This document shows, piece by piece, positions 1-9,285 of a DNA stretch of 24,000 nucleotides (position 1 is the stretch's first letter; the number at the start of each line of letters is the position of its first letter). Made by a program: the position numbers and the translations under genes. Below the pieces are notes generated by a model. That model saw nothing but the letters and a program-made list of their open reading frames with translations. It searched no databases and was not told where the DNA came from. The stretch comes from Perspicuibacillus lycopersici (GTDB taxonomy: Bacteria; Bacillota; Bacilli; Bacillales; Caldibacillaceae): NCBI RefSeq assembly GCF_025660475.1, contig NZ_JAOUSF010000006.1:171708-195707 (forward strand), in the 5' to 3' direction.

Positions 1-55
1 GAAAAAATCGGATAATAATGGATATAGATAGTATCTATTTTAGAATGTATATGGA

Positions 56-691
56 GTGAGTAAAGTGAAAGGATTTCTTCAATTTGTTTTACGGTCAATA
101 GTTGCCACGATAGGAATGGTTGTAATTTGGCTGATTGCTTTTTTCGGAAATGATCAGCCCTATCTTGAGTCATGTCTATTTGCACTAATTGGCGGAGCAA
201 TTATCTATTATGTGATCAAAGCGATTACACATGTAAGTTTTATAAAACGGAACGGTTTAACGCGAAGTGAATATAGATTGGTACGGGAAAATTTGAAGGC
301 TGCAAAAGAAAAAATCCAACGTTTGCATAAGGCTTACTTTCGAATTAGCAGCTTGACAAATGCGAAGCAGAATTTTGAAACGATGCGTATTGTTAACAAA
401 ATATACGCGATTACTAAAAAAGAACCGAGACGATTTTTCCAGGCAGAGGAGTTTTTTTATAACCATCTCGATTCCTTAGTCGAGCTCTCTGAAAAGAATG
501 CATTTCTTGCTTCTCAACCTGCAAAAACTGCAGAGCTCCATGAATATATTAAAGATACACAGTTAACAATGAAAAAGCTTACAGATACGATTAAAGGTGA
601 TTTATACCGTATGCTGGAAAATGATATTGATACATTGCAATTTGAATTAGATGTAGCAAAGCAATCCATAAAGAAAAGGAACAATAAATAG
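56..691 (+). CDS. xpaC: XpaC-family membrane protein (5-bromo-4-chloroindolyl phosphate hydrolysis protein family)
   Basis: 211-aa ORF with two N-terminal hydrophobic helices (IVATIGMVVIWLIAFF, LFALIGGAIIYYVI) followed by a charged, coiled-coil-like C-terminus. It lies directly 5' of a TelA-family gene, as xpaC-yaaN does in B. subtilis. GGAG at 53-56 favours the in-frame GTG at 65 over the GTG at 56 as the true start. Confidence 0.7.
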   Translation: MSKVKGFLQFVLRSIVATIGMVVIWLIAFFGNDQPYLESCLFALIGGAIIYYVIKAITHVSFIKRNGLTRSEYRLVRENLKAAKEKIQRLHKAYFRISSLTNAKQNFETMRIVNKIYAITKKEPRRFFQAEEFFYNHLDSLVELSEKNAFLASQPAKTAELHEYIKDTQLTMKKLTDTIKGDLYRMLENDIDTLQFELDVAKQSIKKRNNK

Positions 692-708
692 TGCTTGGAG
701 GTAATGGT

Positions 709-1876
709 AATGAGTAATCAAAATGAAACAAAGGCCTCTACTGAATTAGATGAGATGTTAGCAAATCCATTCGGTAGTCAGGATATGATACTACAGTCTA
801 ATCCAGTGGTTGATAATAAAGAGAAATCAAGAAAGCTAATGGATACGTTGCCAGAAGAGGGACGTAAGCGAGCAATTCAGTTAGCCACACAAATTGATCC
901 CTATAATCAACAATCAATTGTCCTTTACGGTACAGAGGCACAAGCGAAATTAACTAATTTTTCATCCTCCATGCTAGAGCATGTAAAAAATAAAAGTGTT
1001 GGGGAAATCGGGGAGATCCTTACCGATCTCATGAAAAAGTTAGAACAGGTTAATCCAGAGGAATTACAGCCAGAAAAACGTGGACTACTATCCAGAATGT
1101 TTGGTAAAGTGTCAAAATCGATTAATGAAATCCTTTCAAAATATCAAAAAACTGGAGCTCAAATCGATAGAATTACGGTCAAGCTGGATCACTGTAAGAA
1201 TACATTAATGTCTGATAATAAATTGTTGGAACAGTTATATGAAAAAAATAAAGATTATTTTCAGGCGTTGAATATTTATATTGCGGCTGGAGAGTTGAAA
1301 TTAGAAGAATTACAAACAAAAACGATACCAGCATTACAGAGAAAAGCAGAAGAAACGCAGGATCAAATGGTATTTCAAGAAGTAAGTGATATGGTCCAAT
1401 TTGCTGAACGATTGGAAAAACGTGTTCATGATTTGAAGCTGAGCCGACAAATTACAATCCAAAGTGCTCCACAAATCCGTCTAATTCAAAATACAAATCA
1501 GCAATTAGTAGAAAAAATTCAATCTTCAATTATGACTGCTATACCGCTTTGGAAAAATCAAATAGCAATTGCACTAACATTAATTCGCCAGCGAAATGCA
1601 GTAGCAGCACAGAAGCAGGTTTCCCAAACAACGAATGACCTATTATTACGGAATGCTGAAATGTTAAAAACAAATACAATTGAAACCGCTAAGGAAAATG
1701 AAAGAGGGCTTGTGGATATCGAAACATTAAAGAAAACACAAGAAAACTTAATCACTACATTAGAAGAAACATTACGCATCCAAGCAGAAGGTAGGGCAAA
1801 ACGATACCAAGCTGAACAGGAACTAATAACAATGGAAGACCAACTAAAAGAAAAATTACTGGATATACGCAGATAA
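709..1876 (+). CDS. yaaN: TelA-family toxic anion resistance protein (YaaN-like)
   Basis: Long helical, charged ORF whose size and composition match the TelA/YaaN family, with the xpaC partner 3 nt upstream of the track ORF. GGAGG at 697-701 sits 7 nt before ATG 709 (MSNQNETK). The track start at TTG 695 overlaps the SD and is unlikely. Confidence 0.8.
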
Positions 1877-1882
1877 CAGGAA

Positions 1883-1920
1883 AAAACAGTTTTCGAACAA
1901 CGAAAACTGTTTTTTCTTTT
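1883..1920 (+). terminator. Intrinsic terminator after telA
   Basis: AAAACAGTTTTCG (1883-1895) pairs perfectly with CGAAAACTGTTTT (1901-1913) across an AACAA loop, followed by a T-run to 1920. Confidence 0.85.
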
Positions 1921-2043
1921 GAATATATTTCCTATACGCTCGTTTAGAATGTAATACTTAAGAAACTTTTCTGCTATTATTCTGCAAGCCCATAGTAACT
2001 TTCAAAATTTCATGGAAAATACTAGTATGAAATGTAAGGAGTT

Positions 2044-2092
2044 TTGTTATAAACTTAATAGTTTGACAATATAATAAATTTTAAGTTAATAT
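2044..2092 (+). promoter_or_regulatory. Candidate sigma-A promoter region of the TAXI-TRAP operon
   Basis: There are two overlapping possibilities. One is TTGACA (2063-2068), an 18-nt spacer, then TAATAT (2087-2092). The other is TTATAA (2047-2052), a 17-nt spacer, then TATAAT (2070-2075). Sequence alone cannot decide between them. Confidence 0.4.
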
Positions 2093-2096
2093 AAAA

Positions 2097-2113
2097 TTTG
2101 TATTAAATACAAA
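2097..2113. promoter_or_regulatory. 17-bp perfect palindrome, candidate operator
   Basis: TTTGTAT-TAA-ATACAAA, with 7-bp perfect arms. It lies between the candidate -10 element and the SD (AAAGGGG, 2111-2117) of the TAXI receptor gene. Confidence 0.4.
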
Positions 2114-2126
2114 GGGGATGGGTTAT

Positions 2127-3116
2127 TTGAAAAAAATCAAGTCACTTTTATTGCTTTCTATTTTGATGGTATTAACACTTGCTTTAGCAGCGTGTGGATC
2201 AGACAGCAGTAATGGGGATGGAGATGGCGGTGGCGATGGAGACAAGCCGAAATTTTTACAAATGGTAACAGGTGGAACAAGTGGTACATATTATCCACTC
2301 GGTGGAGAAATTGCCCAAATTATTACAGATGAAACAGGAATTCAAACAGATGCTGTTGCTTCCAATGCTTCTGCTGAAAATGTTGCCTCCCTTCGAGATG
2401 GCGATGCAGAAATAGGATTCGTTCAAACGGATGTTATGGCTTATGCAGTAGAGGGTATTAATGCATTTGAAGGAAAACCTGTTGATAATGTGTTAGCACT
2501 TGCTTCATTATATCCAGAAACGATTCAAATTGTTACGGCTGCTGATTCCGATATTAATTCTGTTGAAGATTTAAAGGGGAAAACTGTTTCAGTTGGTGCT
2601 CCAGCATCAGGTACGTATGTTAATGCCGAGCAAATACTAGAGGTTTATGGTATGACAATGGATGACATTGATGTACAAAATCTTGACTTTGATGAATCAA
2701 CGGGTGGAATTCAAGATGGAAATATCGATGCAGCATTCATTACAGCAGGTGCTCCAACTGGTGCAATCGAAGGGTTAGCTGCAACAACGCCAGTGAAGAT
2801 TGTGCCATTAGAACAGGATAAAATAGCAGCATTAATTGAAAAATATCCTTACTATGCAGAGGACACTGTACCAGCAGGAACATATCAGTTGGAAGAGGAT
2901 GTATCTACAGTTGCAGTGCTTGCGATGCTAGCTATTAGTGATAGTGTATCGGAAGATGTTGCCTATGATATTACAAAGGCAATCTTTGAAAATGCCGATT
3001 CATTAACACACGCAAAAGCAGAATATATTACGTTAGAATCTGCTTTAGACGGTATTGGCATGAAATTACATCCAGGTGCTGAAAAATATTATAAAGAGCA
3101 AGGAATTATGGAGTAA
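2127..3116 (+). CDS. TAXI-family TRAP transporter solute receptor, lipoprotein
   Basis: Signal peptide plus lipobox (LTLALAAC-GS), then a G/D-rich linker (GDGDGGGDGD). The body has TAXI hallmarks (GGTSGTYYPLGG, DAEIGFVQ, YPYY..DTVPAGTY). A fused TRAP permease lies downstream. The GGGG SD (2114-2117) abuts ATG 2118 but is 9 nt from the in-frame TTG 2127 (MKKIKSLLLL), so 2127 is preferred. 2118 remains an alternative. Confidence 0.85.
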   Translation: MKKIKSLLLLSILMVLTLALAACGSDSSNGDGDGGGDGDKPKFLQMVTGGTSGTYYPLGGEIAQIITDETGIQTDAVASNASAENVASLRDGDAEIGFVQTDVMAYAVEGINAFEGKPVDNVLALASLYPETIQIVTAADSDINSVEDLKGKTVSVGAPASGTYVNAEQILEVYGMTMDDIDVQNLDFDESTGGIQDGNIDAAFITAGAPTGAIEGLAATTPVKIVPLEQDKIAALIEKYPYYAEDTVPAGTYQLEEDVSTVAVLAMLAISDSVSEDVAYDITKAIFENADSLTHAKAEYITLESALDGIGMKLHPGAEKYYKEQGIME

Positions 3117-3167
3117 GTAATTAAAATACGGATAACTTTTAATCACAAAAAGAAATAATGGAAAAAC

Positions 3168-3225
3168 TGGCCGGCCTCCAAACCTATCTATAGGCATTTG
3201 TTGTTGCCGGTCACTTTATTATTAA
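3168..3225 (+). terminator. Putative intra-operon attenuator or partial terminator after the receptor gene
   Basis: TGGCCGGC (3168-3175) pairs with GCCGGTCA (3206-3213): 8 bp, GC-rich, with one G-U pair. The loop is long at 30 nt and contains a small CCTA/TAGG hairpin. A CTTTATTATT tail follows. Confidence 0.4.
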
Positions 3226-3269
3226 TGGATGAGCAACTTTTTTAGTGAAAAAAATTAGGTGAACTACAT

Positions 3270-3821
3270 ATGAAACGAATTCTTTCAAGGAAATCCAATC
3301 AACTAATAATCTTACTTTTCCTCGCGCTCCTTTTACTATTATTTTTTTTACCTTTCCAAAAAGCTCTAGTGTTTTATAAACAAAATACCAAGCATATTGC
3401 AGCCTATCTTCCAGTAGAAGCAGGGGATAAATTCCAAATTATTTTTAAACATTCGATCCACCTTACAGATGTTATTGAAAAGTATAAAGTAACCGACGAC
3501 AACCGGATTCAGCAATATGAAATGGTGTATGAGCAATTTGGAATAGGAATGCCATCCAATGCAGAGGAAGGACAATCTTTTGTATATGAGGATGGAAAAT
3601 ATCATATAAAAGGTATTGATACTAAATTTGACTCGATGAATATTCGAAATGGGAAAGTTGTTTCCGAACATCGACTTGTCTGGGGGAAACAAGGGGAGCA
3701 TATGGTTTGGTTTAATGATTATTTTATCCCAGGAGAGTGGTATAAAGTGAAAATTAAGCGATTATCGCTTTGGCAAGTGCTGAAAGGAGTGAAAATTCAT
3801 GACGAAGCAATCAACGAATGA
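3270..3821 (+). CDS. DUF1850-domain protein of TAXI-TRAP operons
   Basis: 183-aa ORF with one N-terminal TM helix (LIILLFLALLLLLFFL) and an FKHSIHLTDVIEKY segment typical of DUF1850. It occupies the characteristic position between a TAXI receptor and the fused permease. The SD TAGGTGA lies 7 nt before ATG 3270. Confidence 0.7.
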   Translation: MKRILSRKSNQLIILLFLALLLLLFFLPFQKALVFYKQNTKHIAAYLPVEAGDKFQIIFKHSIHLTDVIEKYKVTDDNRIQQYEMVYEQFGIGMPSNAEEGQSFVYEDGKYHIKGIDTKFDSMNIRNGKVVSEHRLVWGKQGEHMVWFNDYFIPGEWYKVKIKRLSLWQVLKGVKIHDEAINE

Positions 3822-5820
3822 ACAAAAATTATCCACAAAAGAACAGGAAGCCTTGCTTCAACAATATGATTCAGAAGCTGCAACTCGGAATGTAACAGGA
3901 AAAATAGCGATTGTTATTTTACTAATTCTATTAGCGTTCTCTATTTTCCAAATTTACACAGGTGCTTATAGGGTCTATACAGCATATATACAACGGACGG
4001 TCCATTTAGGATTTGCACTAGTTCTTATCTTTCTATTATTCCCAGCAAAACGGAATGGAAAGAAAAAAAACGTAATCCCATGGTATGACTATATTCTCGC
4101 AATTTTAGCTTTCGTAGCTTGTGCGTATTGGCCGGTATTCTATGATGAGTTAGTACAGCAGATTGGAAGAATAACCTCAGTACAAGTGATAATCGGAACA
4201 ATTGCCGTACTATTAGTTTTAGAAGCGACAAGACGTGCAGTGGGGTTACCAATTACGATTATTGCAGTCGCCTTCCTGTTGTATGCATTATTTGGTCCAT
4301 ATATGCCAGGGATACTCGCACATAGAGGCTTAAATTTCAATCAGCTTATTAAATCGATGTTTTTTACAACGGATGGGATATTAGGGACGCCATTACAAGT
4401 ATCCTCAACATATATTTTCTTATTTCTTCTATTTGGCGCATTTTTAGTGAAAACGGGAGTAGGAAACTATTTTAACGACTTGGCGATTGCGATAGCAGGG
4501 CGTAGAACAGGTGGACCTGCTAAAGTTGCCATTTTTTCTAGTGCATTACAAGGAACAATTTCGGGGAGCTCGGTAGCAAATACAGTTACAACAGGCTCCT
4601 ATACAATTCCATTAATGAAAAGACTAGGCTATAATAAAAACTTTGCTGGTGCTGTAGAAGCGGCTTCTTCCACAGGAGGACAGATTATGCCACCGATTAT
4701 GGGGGCAGCAGCGTTTTTAATGATTGAATTTGCCGGTGTACCATATTGGGAAATTGCAAAGGCAGCTACTATTCCAGCAATCTTATATTTCTCGGGAATT
4801 TGGATTATGACACACTTAGAAGCGAAAAAGCTTGGGCTACATGGTTTGCCAAAAGAAGATATTCCGAAAAAAATGGAAGTATTAAAAAAAGGATATCTTT
4901 TGCTACCGATTGTAGCAATTATTTACTTCTTATTTAGTGGAAACAGTATTGAGAGAACTGCGTTATATGGGATTGTCATTACGATTCTAGTAAGCTTATT
5001 TAATAAGGAAACAAGAATTACCCCAAGAAAATTTATCGAAGCATTAACTGATGGTGCACGTACTGCTTTAGGGGTTGCTGCCGCCACGGCTTGTGCGGGT
5101 ATCATTGTTGGCGTGGTAACGAAAACAGGATTAGGATTAAAGCTTGGGAATGGGGTCGTGGATATAGCGGATGCAATTGCGAACAACCCTACTACCATTC
5201 TATTATTAACATTATTCTTTACAATGATTACTTCGATCATTTTAGGGATGGGATCACCGACAACGGCAAATTACATTATAACATCAACGATAGCGCTACC
5301 AGCAATCATGGCGTTAAATGATTCATTAGAATTTACAGTGCCTGTTCTTGCTGCACATATGTTTGTGTTTTATTTCGGTATTGTTGCCGATATTACACCA
5401 CCAGTTGCGTTGGCAGCATTCGCAGCTTCTGGTATATCTGGCGGTGAACCAATTCGAACAGGGATTACTGCCTCTAAACTGGCAATAGCAGCCTTTATCA
5501 TCCCGTATATGTTTATTTTTAATCCAGCGATGTTAATGATTGACGCAACAGTTTATAATCTCATATGGATTTTATTTACGGCAATTACAGGAATGATTGC
5601 CATTGGAGCAGGAATGATTGGCTTCTGGTATAAGAAACTTAACTGGTTAGAAAGAATTATTTCGTTAGTAGCTGGCTTTATGCTAGTAATACCAGAAGGA
5701 ATGACCGATATTATTGGTTTAGTGATATTTATTGCAATGATTGTTTATCAAATGATTGTGAAACGTAACAATGACCAGGATATTACACCGAATAAATCAC
5801 AACAAACAAGTCTATCATAA
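3799..5820 (+). CDS. TRAP transporter fused (4TM/12TM) permease, TAXI type
   Basis: 673-aa highly polytopic ORF. GGAG (3786-3789) lies 9 nt before ATG 3799. It overlaps the DUF1850 gene by 23 nt, which implies translational coupling. Size and composition are typical of TAXI-associated fused DctQM-like permeases. Confidence 0.85.
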   Translation: MTKQSTNEQKLSTKEQEALLQQYDSEAATRNVTGKIAIVILLILLAFSIFQIYTGAYRVYTAYIQRTVHLGFALVLIFLLFPAKRNGKKKNVIPWYDYILAILAFVACAYWPVFYDELVQQIGRITSVQVIIGTIAVLLVLEATRRAVGLPITIIAVAFLLYALFGPYMPGILAHRGLNFNQLIKSMFFTTDGILGTPLQVSSTYIFLFLLFGAFLVKTGVGNYFNDLAIAIAGRRTGGPAKVAIFSSALQGTISGSSVANTVTTGSYTIPLMKRLGYNKNFAGAVEAASSTGGQIMPPIMGAAAFLMIEFAGVPYWEIAKAATIPAILYFSGIWIMTHLEAKKLGLHGLPKEDIPKKMEVLKKGYLLLPIVAIIYFLFSGNSIERTALYGIVITILVSLFNKETRITPRKFIEALTDGARTALGVAAATACAGIIVGVVTKTGLGLKLGNGVVDIADAIANNPTTILLLTLFFTMITSIILGMGSPTTANYIITSTIALPAIMALNDSLEFTVPVLAAHMFVFYFGIVADITPPVALAAFAASGISGGEPIRTGITASKLAIAAFIIPYMFIFNPAMLMIDATVYNLIWILFTAITGMIAIGAGMIGFWYKKLNWLERIISLVAGFMLVIPEGMTDIIGLVIFIAMIVYQMIVKRNNDQDITPNKSQQTSLS

Positions 5821-5827
5821 CAATAAT

Positions 5828-5866
5828 GGAATGGAGCACGAGTATACTTACTTGGGGCTCCATTCC
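5828..5866. terminator. Bidirectional terminator shared by the TRAP operon and argS
   Basis: GGAATGGAGC (5828-5837) pairs perfectly with GCTCCATTCC (5857-5866). It sits between two convergent stop codons (5820 and 5888), with T-rich flanks on both strands. Confidence 0.7.
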
Positions 5867-5887
5867 TTGTTAATTCAGACCGAATAG

Positions 5888-7591
5888 TTACATGCTTTTA
5901 GGAGCATCTACTCCGATAAGCTGTAACCCATTTTTTAAAACAACAGTAACAGCATAGACAAGCGCGAGTCGCTCCTGTAGGCCGTTATTGTTTGTAAGAA
6001 TTTTTACTTTGCTATAGTACTTATTAAAGCATTTTGCTACATCGACCGTGTATTTTGCAATAATCGATGGATCGAGCTGGATGAACGCTTGTTGGACCTG
6101 ATTGGAGAAGCTAAAGAGAAGCTTGATTAGCTCCCAACTGTCGTCATTTACTACATCGTTTGTAGCCAATTTCTTTAACGAGAAATTACTATTTATATTC
6201 CAATTTCCTTTTTGTAAAATCGAGCATGCTCTGGCAAATGTATATTGTACATATGGTCCAGTTTCACCTTCAAATGTAAGCATCTGTTCTAATGAAAATT
6301 CGATATTATTCATCCGATAATTTTTTAAGTCATGAAAAATGACCGCACCTACTCCAACTTGTTTTGCAACTTCTTTTTTATTTTCTAGTGTAGGATTTTT
6401 TTGTTCAATATTTTGTTCTGCTAATCGTATCGTTTCTTGCAGAACATTTTCGAGTAAAATTACTCTCCCTTTTCGTGTCGACATTTTTTTACCATTTTGT
6501 AAATAAAGTCCGAACGGCACATGTATCATAGATTTTGCCCATGGATAGCCCATTTTCTCTAATACTGCAAAAACTTGCTGGAAATGAACGCTTTGCTCGT
6601 GACCAACGACGTAAAGTGCTTTCGAAAATTGGTAATGCTCTTGGCGATACAGGGCAGCTGTTAAGTCACGTGTAGCATAAAGTGTAGCGCCATCTGATTT
6701 TTTTATTAAGCAAGGGGGTAAGCTTACATCCGTTAGATCGACCACTTCTGCTCCATCAGATACTTCTAATAAATTTTGCCCCTGCAGTTTTTCAATTGTT
6801 TCCCCCATTTTGTCATTATAGAACGCTTCTCCTGCGAAGGAATCAAAGGAAATATTTAGTAATTGATAGATTTTTGAAAACTCTTTTAATGATTCTTCGC
6901 GGAACCATTTCCATAAATAAACGGCTTCGGAATCACCATCCTCTAATTTTTTGAACCATTGTCGACCTTCGTCAATTAATTGTGGATGAATTTCTGCCTC
7001 TTCATGAAATTTTGTATAAAGGGTGAATAGCTCAGCGATAGGCTGTTTTCGTACTTTATCCTCGTCTCCCCAATGCTTGAAAGCGGCCATTAGCTTCCCA
7101 AATTGTGTGCCCCAATCTCCTAAATGGTTAATCTTAACTGCGTTGTATCCACATTTTTGCGCGATATTGCTTAACGCATTCCCGATGACGGTAGACCGTA
7201 AATGTCCCATGGAAAATGGCTTTGCAATATTTGGCGAGGAAAAATCGATAACAATAGTTTTTCCTGCCCCATCTGATAATGTGCCGTAATTTTCCCTTTC
7301 GTACAATATTTGATTCAGTACCGATATAGTAAATGATTCCCGGTGAATAAAGCCATTTACATATGGACCATTGGCTTCTACTTTTGAAAAACAATCTTCA
7401 GTAATGGATTGTGCGATTTGCTCTGCTATACTAGCAGGTGACTTTTTCCATGTCTTAGCCAATAAAAAACACGGAAACGCGAGATCCCCTAAGGAAGGAT
7501 GTTTTGGAACTTCGATTAATCGGTAAATTTGTTCTAAGCTAATTTCGGTTTGTTTATAAATTGCTTGTGCAAATACTTCTTTTACATTCAT
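5888..7591 (-). CDS. argS: Arginine--tRNA ligase
   Basis: Class I aaRS motifs are present: SSPNIAKPFSMGHLRS (HIGH-type) and KMSTRKG (KMSKS-type), with an ArgRS-like overall layout. GGAGG (7603..7599) is 1 nt from ATG 7597 but 7 nt from ATG 7591 (MNVKEVF), so 7591 is preferred. The gene is preceded by an Arg-specific T-box. Confidence 0.93.
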   Translation of the reverse strand: MNVKEVFAQAIYKQTEISLEQIYRLIEVPKHPSLGDLAFPCFLLAKTWKKSPASIAEQIAQSITEDCFSKVEANGPYVNGFIHRESFTISVLNQILYERENYGTLSDGAGKTIVIDFSSPNIAKPFSMGHLRSTVIGNALSNIAQKCGYNAVKINHLGDWGTQFGKLMAAFKHWGDEDKVRKQPIAELFTLYTKFHEEAEIHPQLIDEGRQWFKKLEDGDSEAVYLWKWFREESLKEFSKIYQLLNISFDSFAGEAFYNDKMGETIEKLQGQNLLEVSDGAEVVDLTDVSLPPCLIKKSDGATLYATRDLTAALYRQEHYQFSKALYVVGHEQSVHFQQVFAVLEKMGYPWAKSMIHVPFGLYLQNGKKMSTRKGRVILLENVLQETIRLAEQNIEQKNPTLENKKEVAKQVGVGAVIFHDLKNYRMNNIEFSLEQMLTFEGETGPYVQYTFARACSILQKGNWNINSNFSLKKLATNDVVNDDSWELIKLLFSFSNQVQQAFIQLDPSIIAKYTVDVAKCFNKYYSKVKILTNNNGLQERLALVYAVTVVLKNGLQLIGVDAPKSM

Positions 7592-7619
7592 ATTCATTCC
7601 TCCAGTATATGGATTCCAC

Positions 7620-7915
7620 TTTGAGAAAAAATAAAAAGCCCGTCTCTAAATAGAGACGAGCTAATAACCCGTGGTACCACTCTTGTTAACAGTATCAATC
7701 TTCCGTAGGTAGTGGAATTTAAATACTATTCCCTTTAGCTTATAACGTAGCATAACGACAAACCCTAGAGAGAATAACAATAAATTTCATAAATTCTCCT
7801 TCAGATTTGTCTCTCAGAAGTGCGTTTCAAAAAAGAGGGTTCATCGGGCTCACACCATCCCCAACTCGCTTAGAATTGCCACTTTCTCTACTCTCTTCGT
7901 CATCGAGATATCGAT
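7620..7915 (-). promoter_or_regulatory. T-box riboswitch leader, specifier codon CGC (Arg)
   Basis: Read on the minus strand. Stem I base: CGATGACGAAGAGAGTAG. AG bulge and distal loop: AGCGAGTTGGGGATGGTGTGAGCC. Specifier loop: TGAAA-CGC-ACTTC, with the codon at 7824..7822 followed by the conserved A. T-box sequence: AGAGTGGTACCACGGG (about 7690..7668). Terminator: AGCTCGTCTCT-ATTT-AGAGACGGGCT plus TTTTTATTTTTT (7661..7627). Confidence 0.9.
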
Positions 7916-7970
7916 TATTTTTTTTTTTTAATAATTTTCATTCGTTTGATTATGTTCATTGTTTTTAATT

Positions 7971-7998
7971 ATTATATACAATATTTTTATGAAAGCAA
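7971..7998 (-). promoter_or_regulatory. Sigma-A promoter of the argS T-box leader
   Basis: Minus strand: TTGCTT (7998..7993), a 16-nt spacer, then TATAAT (7976..7971). Confidence 0.55.
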
Positions 7999-8019
7999 GC
8001 TAAATTTATTAAAAGACCT

Positions 8020-8057
8020 CAAAAAGAAACGGACAACAAGAAAGCTTGCTGTCCGTT
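8020..8057 (-). terminator. Intrinsic terminator after the rodA-like gene
   Basis: Minus strand: AACGGACAGCAAG-CTTT-CTTGTTGTCCGTT (13-bp stem, one G-U pair) followed by TCTTTTT. It begins 5 nt after the TAG stop. Confidence 0.85.
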
Positions 8058-8061
8058 CGTT

Positions 8062-9228
8062 CTATTCTTTATCTGTAGAAAACATATAACGCTTATGGTA
8101 AAAGCGGATGCTAAATATTACGCCCATTGCAAACATATTACCCATTAAGGAACTTCCTCCGTAGCTTATGAATGGTAATGGAATACCAGTAATTGGTAAT
8201 ACTTGAATTGTCATACCGATATTTTGGAATACGTGGAAGGTTGTCATACTAATAATCCCTGCACAAATATAGGCATTAAATTGAGTATTCGATTCCAGTG
8301 CTATTTTTATTAAATGATAAATAAGCAAGAAGAATAAACTAATCACTAAACTTGCGCCAATAAATCCAAATTCTTCTGCTATTACACTAAATACGAAATC
8401 GGTATGGCGTTCCATTACGTAAACTTCTTTTCCTAAATAGCCCTTCCCAAAAATTTCTCCGGATCCGATTGCTTGGAGTGAAGAAATTAAATGGTATCCT
8501 TCATTCGATGAATAACTATACGGATCTAGCCATGAGTAAATCCGTCCATATTGATAAACGTCGATATGATCTTTAAGAAATTCAGGGAAATAGATCATAA
8601 TCGAAATGATGGTGACCCCAAGAATCGCGACAACACTAAAGGTAGGTAAAATGATTTTCCAGCTAATACCGGAAACAAGAACCATTCCAGCAGTAATGGC
8701 AATGATTACGAGGCCAGTACCTAAGTCTGGCTGCTCTAAAATTAACGCCAATGGTACAAGTGTAGTAATCCCAATTTTTAATAACAACCAGCCATCTGTT
8801 TTCAATGTTTTCGTTAAAAACTTTTGATGGTGGTCGGCAATTACCCGACTAATAGCCAAAATCAAGAAGGTTTTCATAAATTCGGATGGTTGAATACTAG
8901 CGGGACCAAAAGTAAACCAACTTTTCGCACCATTTCTCGGTTCTGCTATAGACGTAGGAGCGAATATTAGTGCAACTAAGAGGAAAATTCCAAATCCATA
9001 TAAAATCCAGGTTAATTTTTTATATTGATCTGGATCGAAAAGTAGAGAGCCTGCAATGATGAAAGCACCTACTCCATACCAAAATATTTGCATCTTAACA
9101 AAGTTAATTTCATATTGTCCGGAGGTTTGTGCACTTGAAATAGCAATGATGCTAACGATAAATAGCAAAAATATAATAAAAGCTAAAGTCCAATCAAAAC
9201 GATCAGGCACTTTTTTTTGATTTTCCAT
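8062..9228 (-). CDS. rodA: SEDS-family peptidoglycan glycosyltransferase (FtsW/RodA/SpoVE family), RodA-like
   Basis: 388-aa polytopic ORF with SEDS hallmarks: GAKSWF..IQPSEFMK, PDLGT, and LPITGIPLPFISYGGSS. The N-terminal SGQY segment resembles RodA more than FtsW. AAAGGTGA lies 6 nt before the ATG. Confidence 0.85.
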   Translation of the reverse strand: MENQKKVPDRFDWTLAFIIFLLFIVSIIAISSAQTSGQYEINFVKMQIFWYGVGAFIIAGSLLFDPDQYKKLTWILYGFGIFLLVALIFAPTSIAEPRNGAKSWFTFGPASIQPSEFMKTFLILAISRVIADHHQKFLTKTLKTDGWLLLKIGITTLVPLALILEQPDLGTGLVIIAITAGMVLVSGISWKIILPTFSVVAILGVTIISIMIYFPEFLKDHIDVYQYGRIYSWLDPYSYSSNEGYHLISSLQAIGSGEIFGKGYLGKEVYVMERHTDFVFSVIAEEFGFIGASLVISLFFLLIYHLIKIALESNTQFNAYICAGIISMTTFHVFQNIGMTIQVLPITGIPLPFISYGGSSLMGNMFAMGVIFSIRFYHKRYMFSTDKE

Positions 9229-9285
9229 GATAGGTCACCTTTTCAATAATTTGTATCTCAACTTACTTGTTTAATTGTGGCTTAT

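Noticed and set aside
7918-7929. A 12-nt T homopolymer (A12 on the argS leader strand).
   Set aside because: It lies in the unstructured 5' part of the T-box leader, upstream of stem I. AT-rich intergenic homopolymers are common, and nothing indicates phase variation or a functional role.
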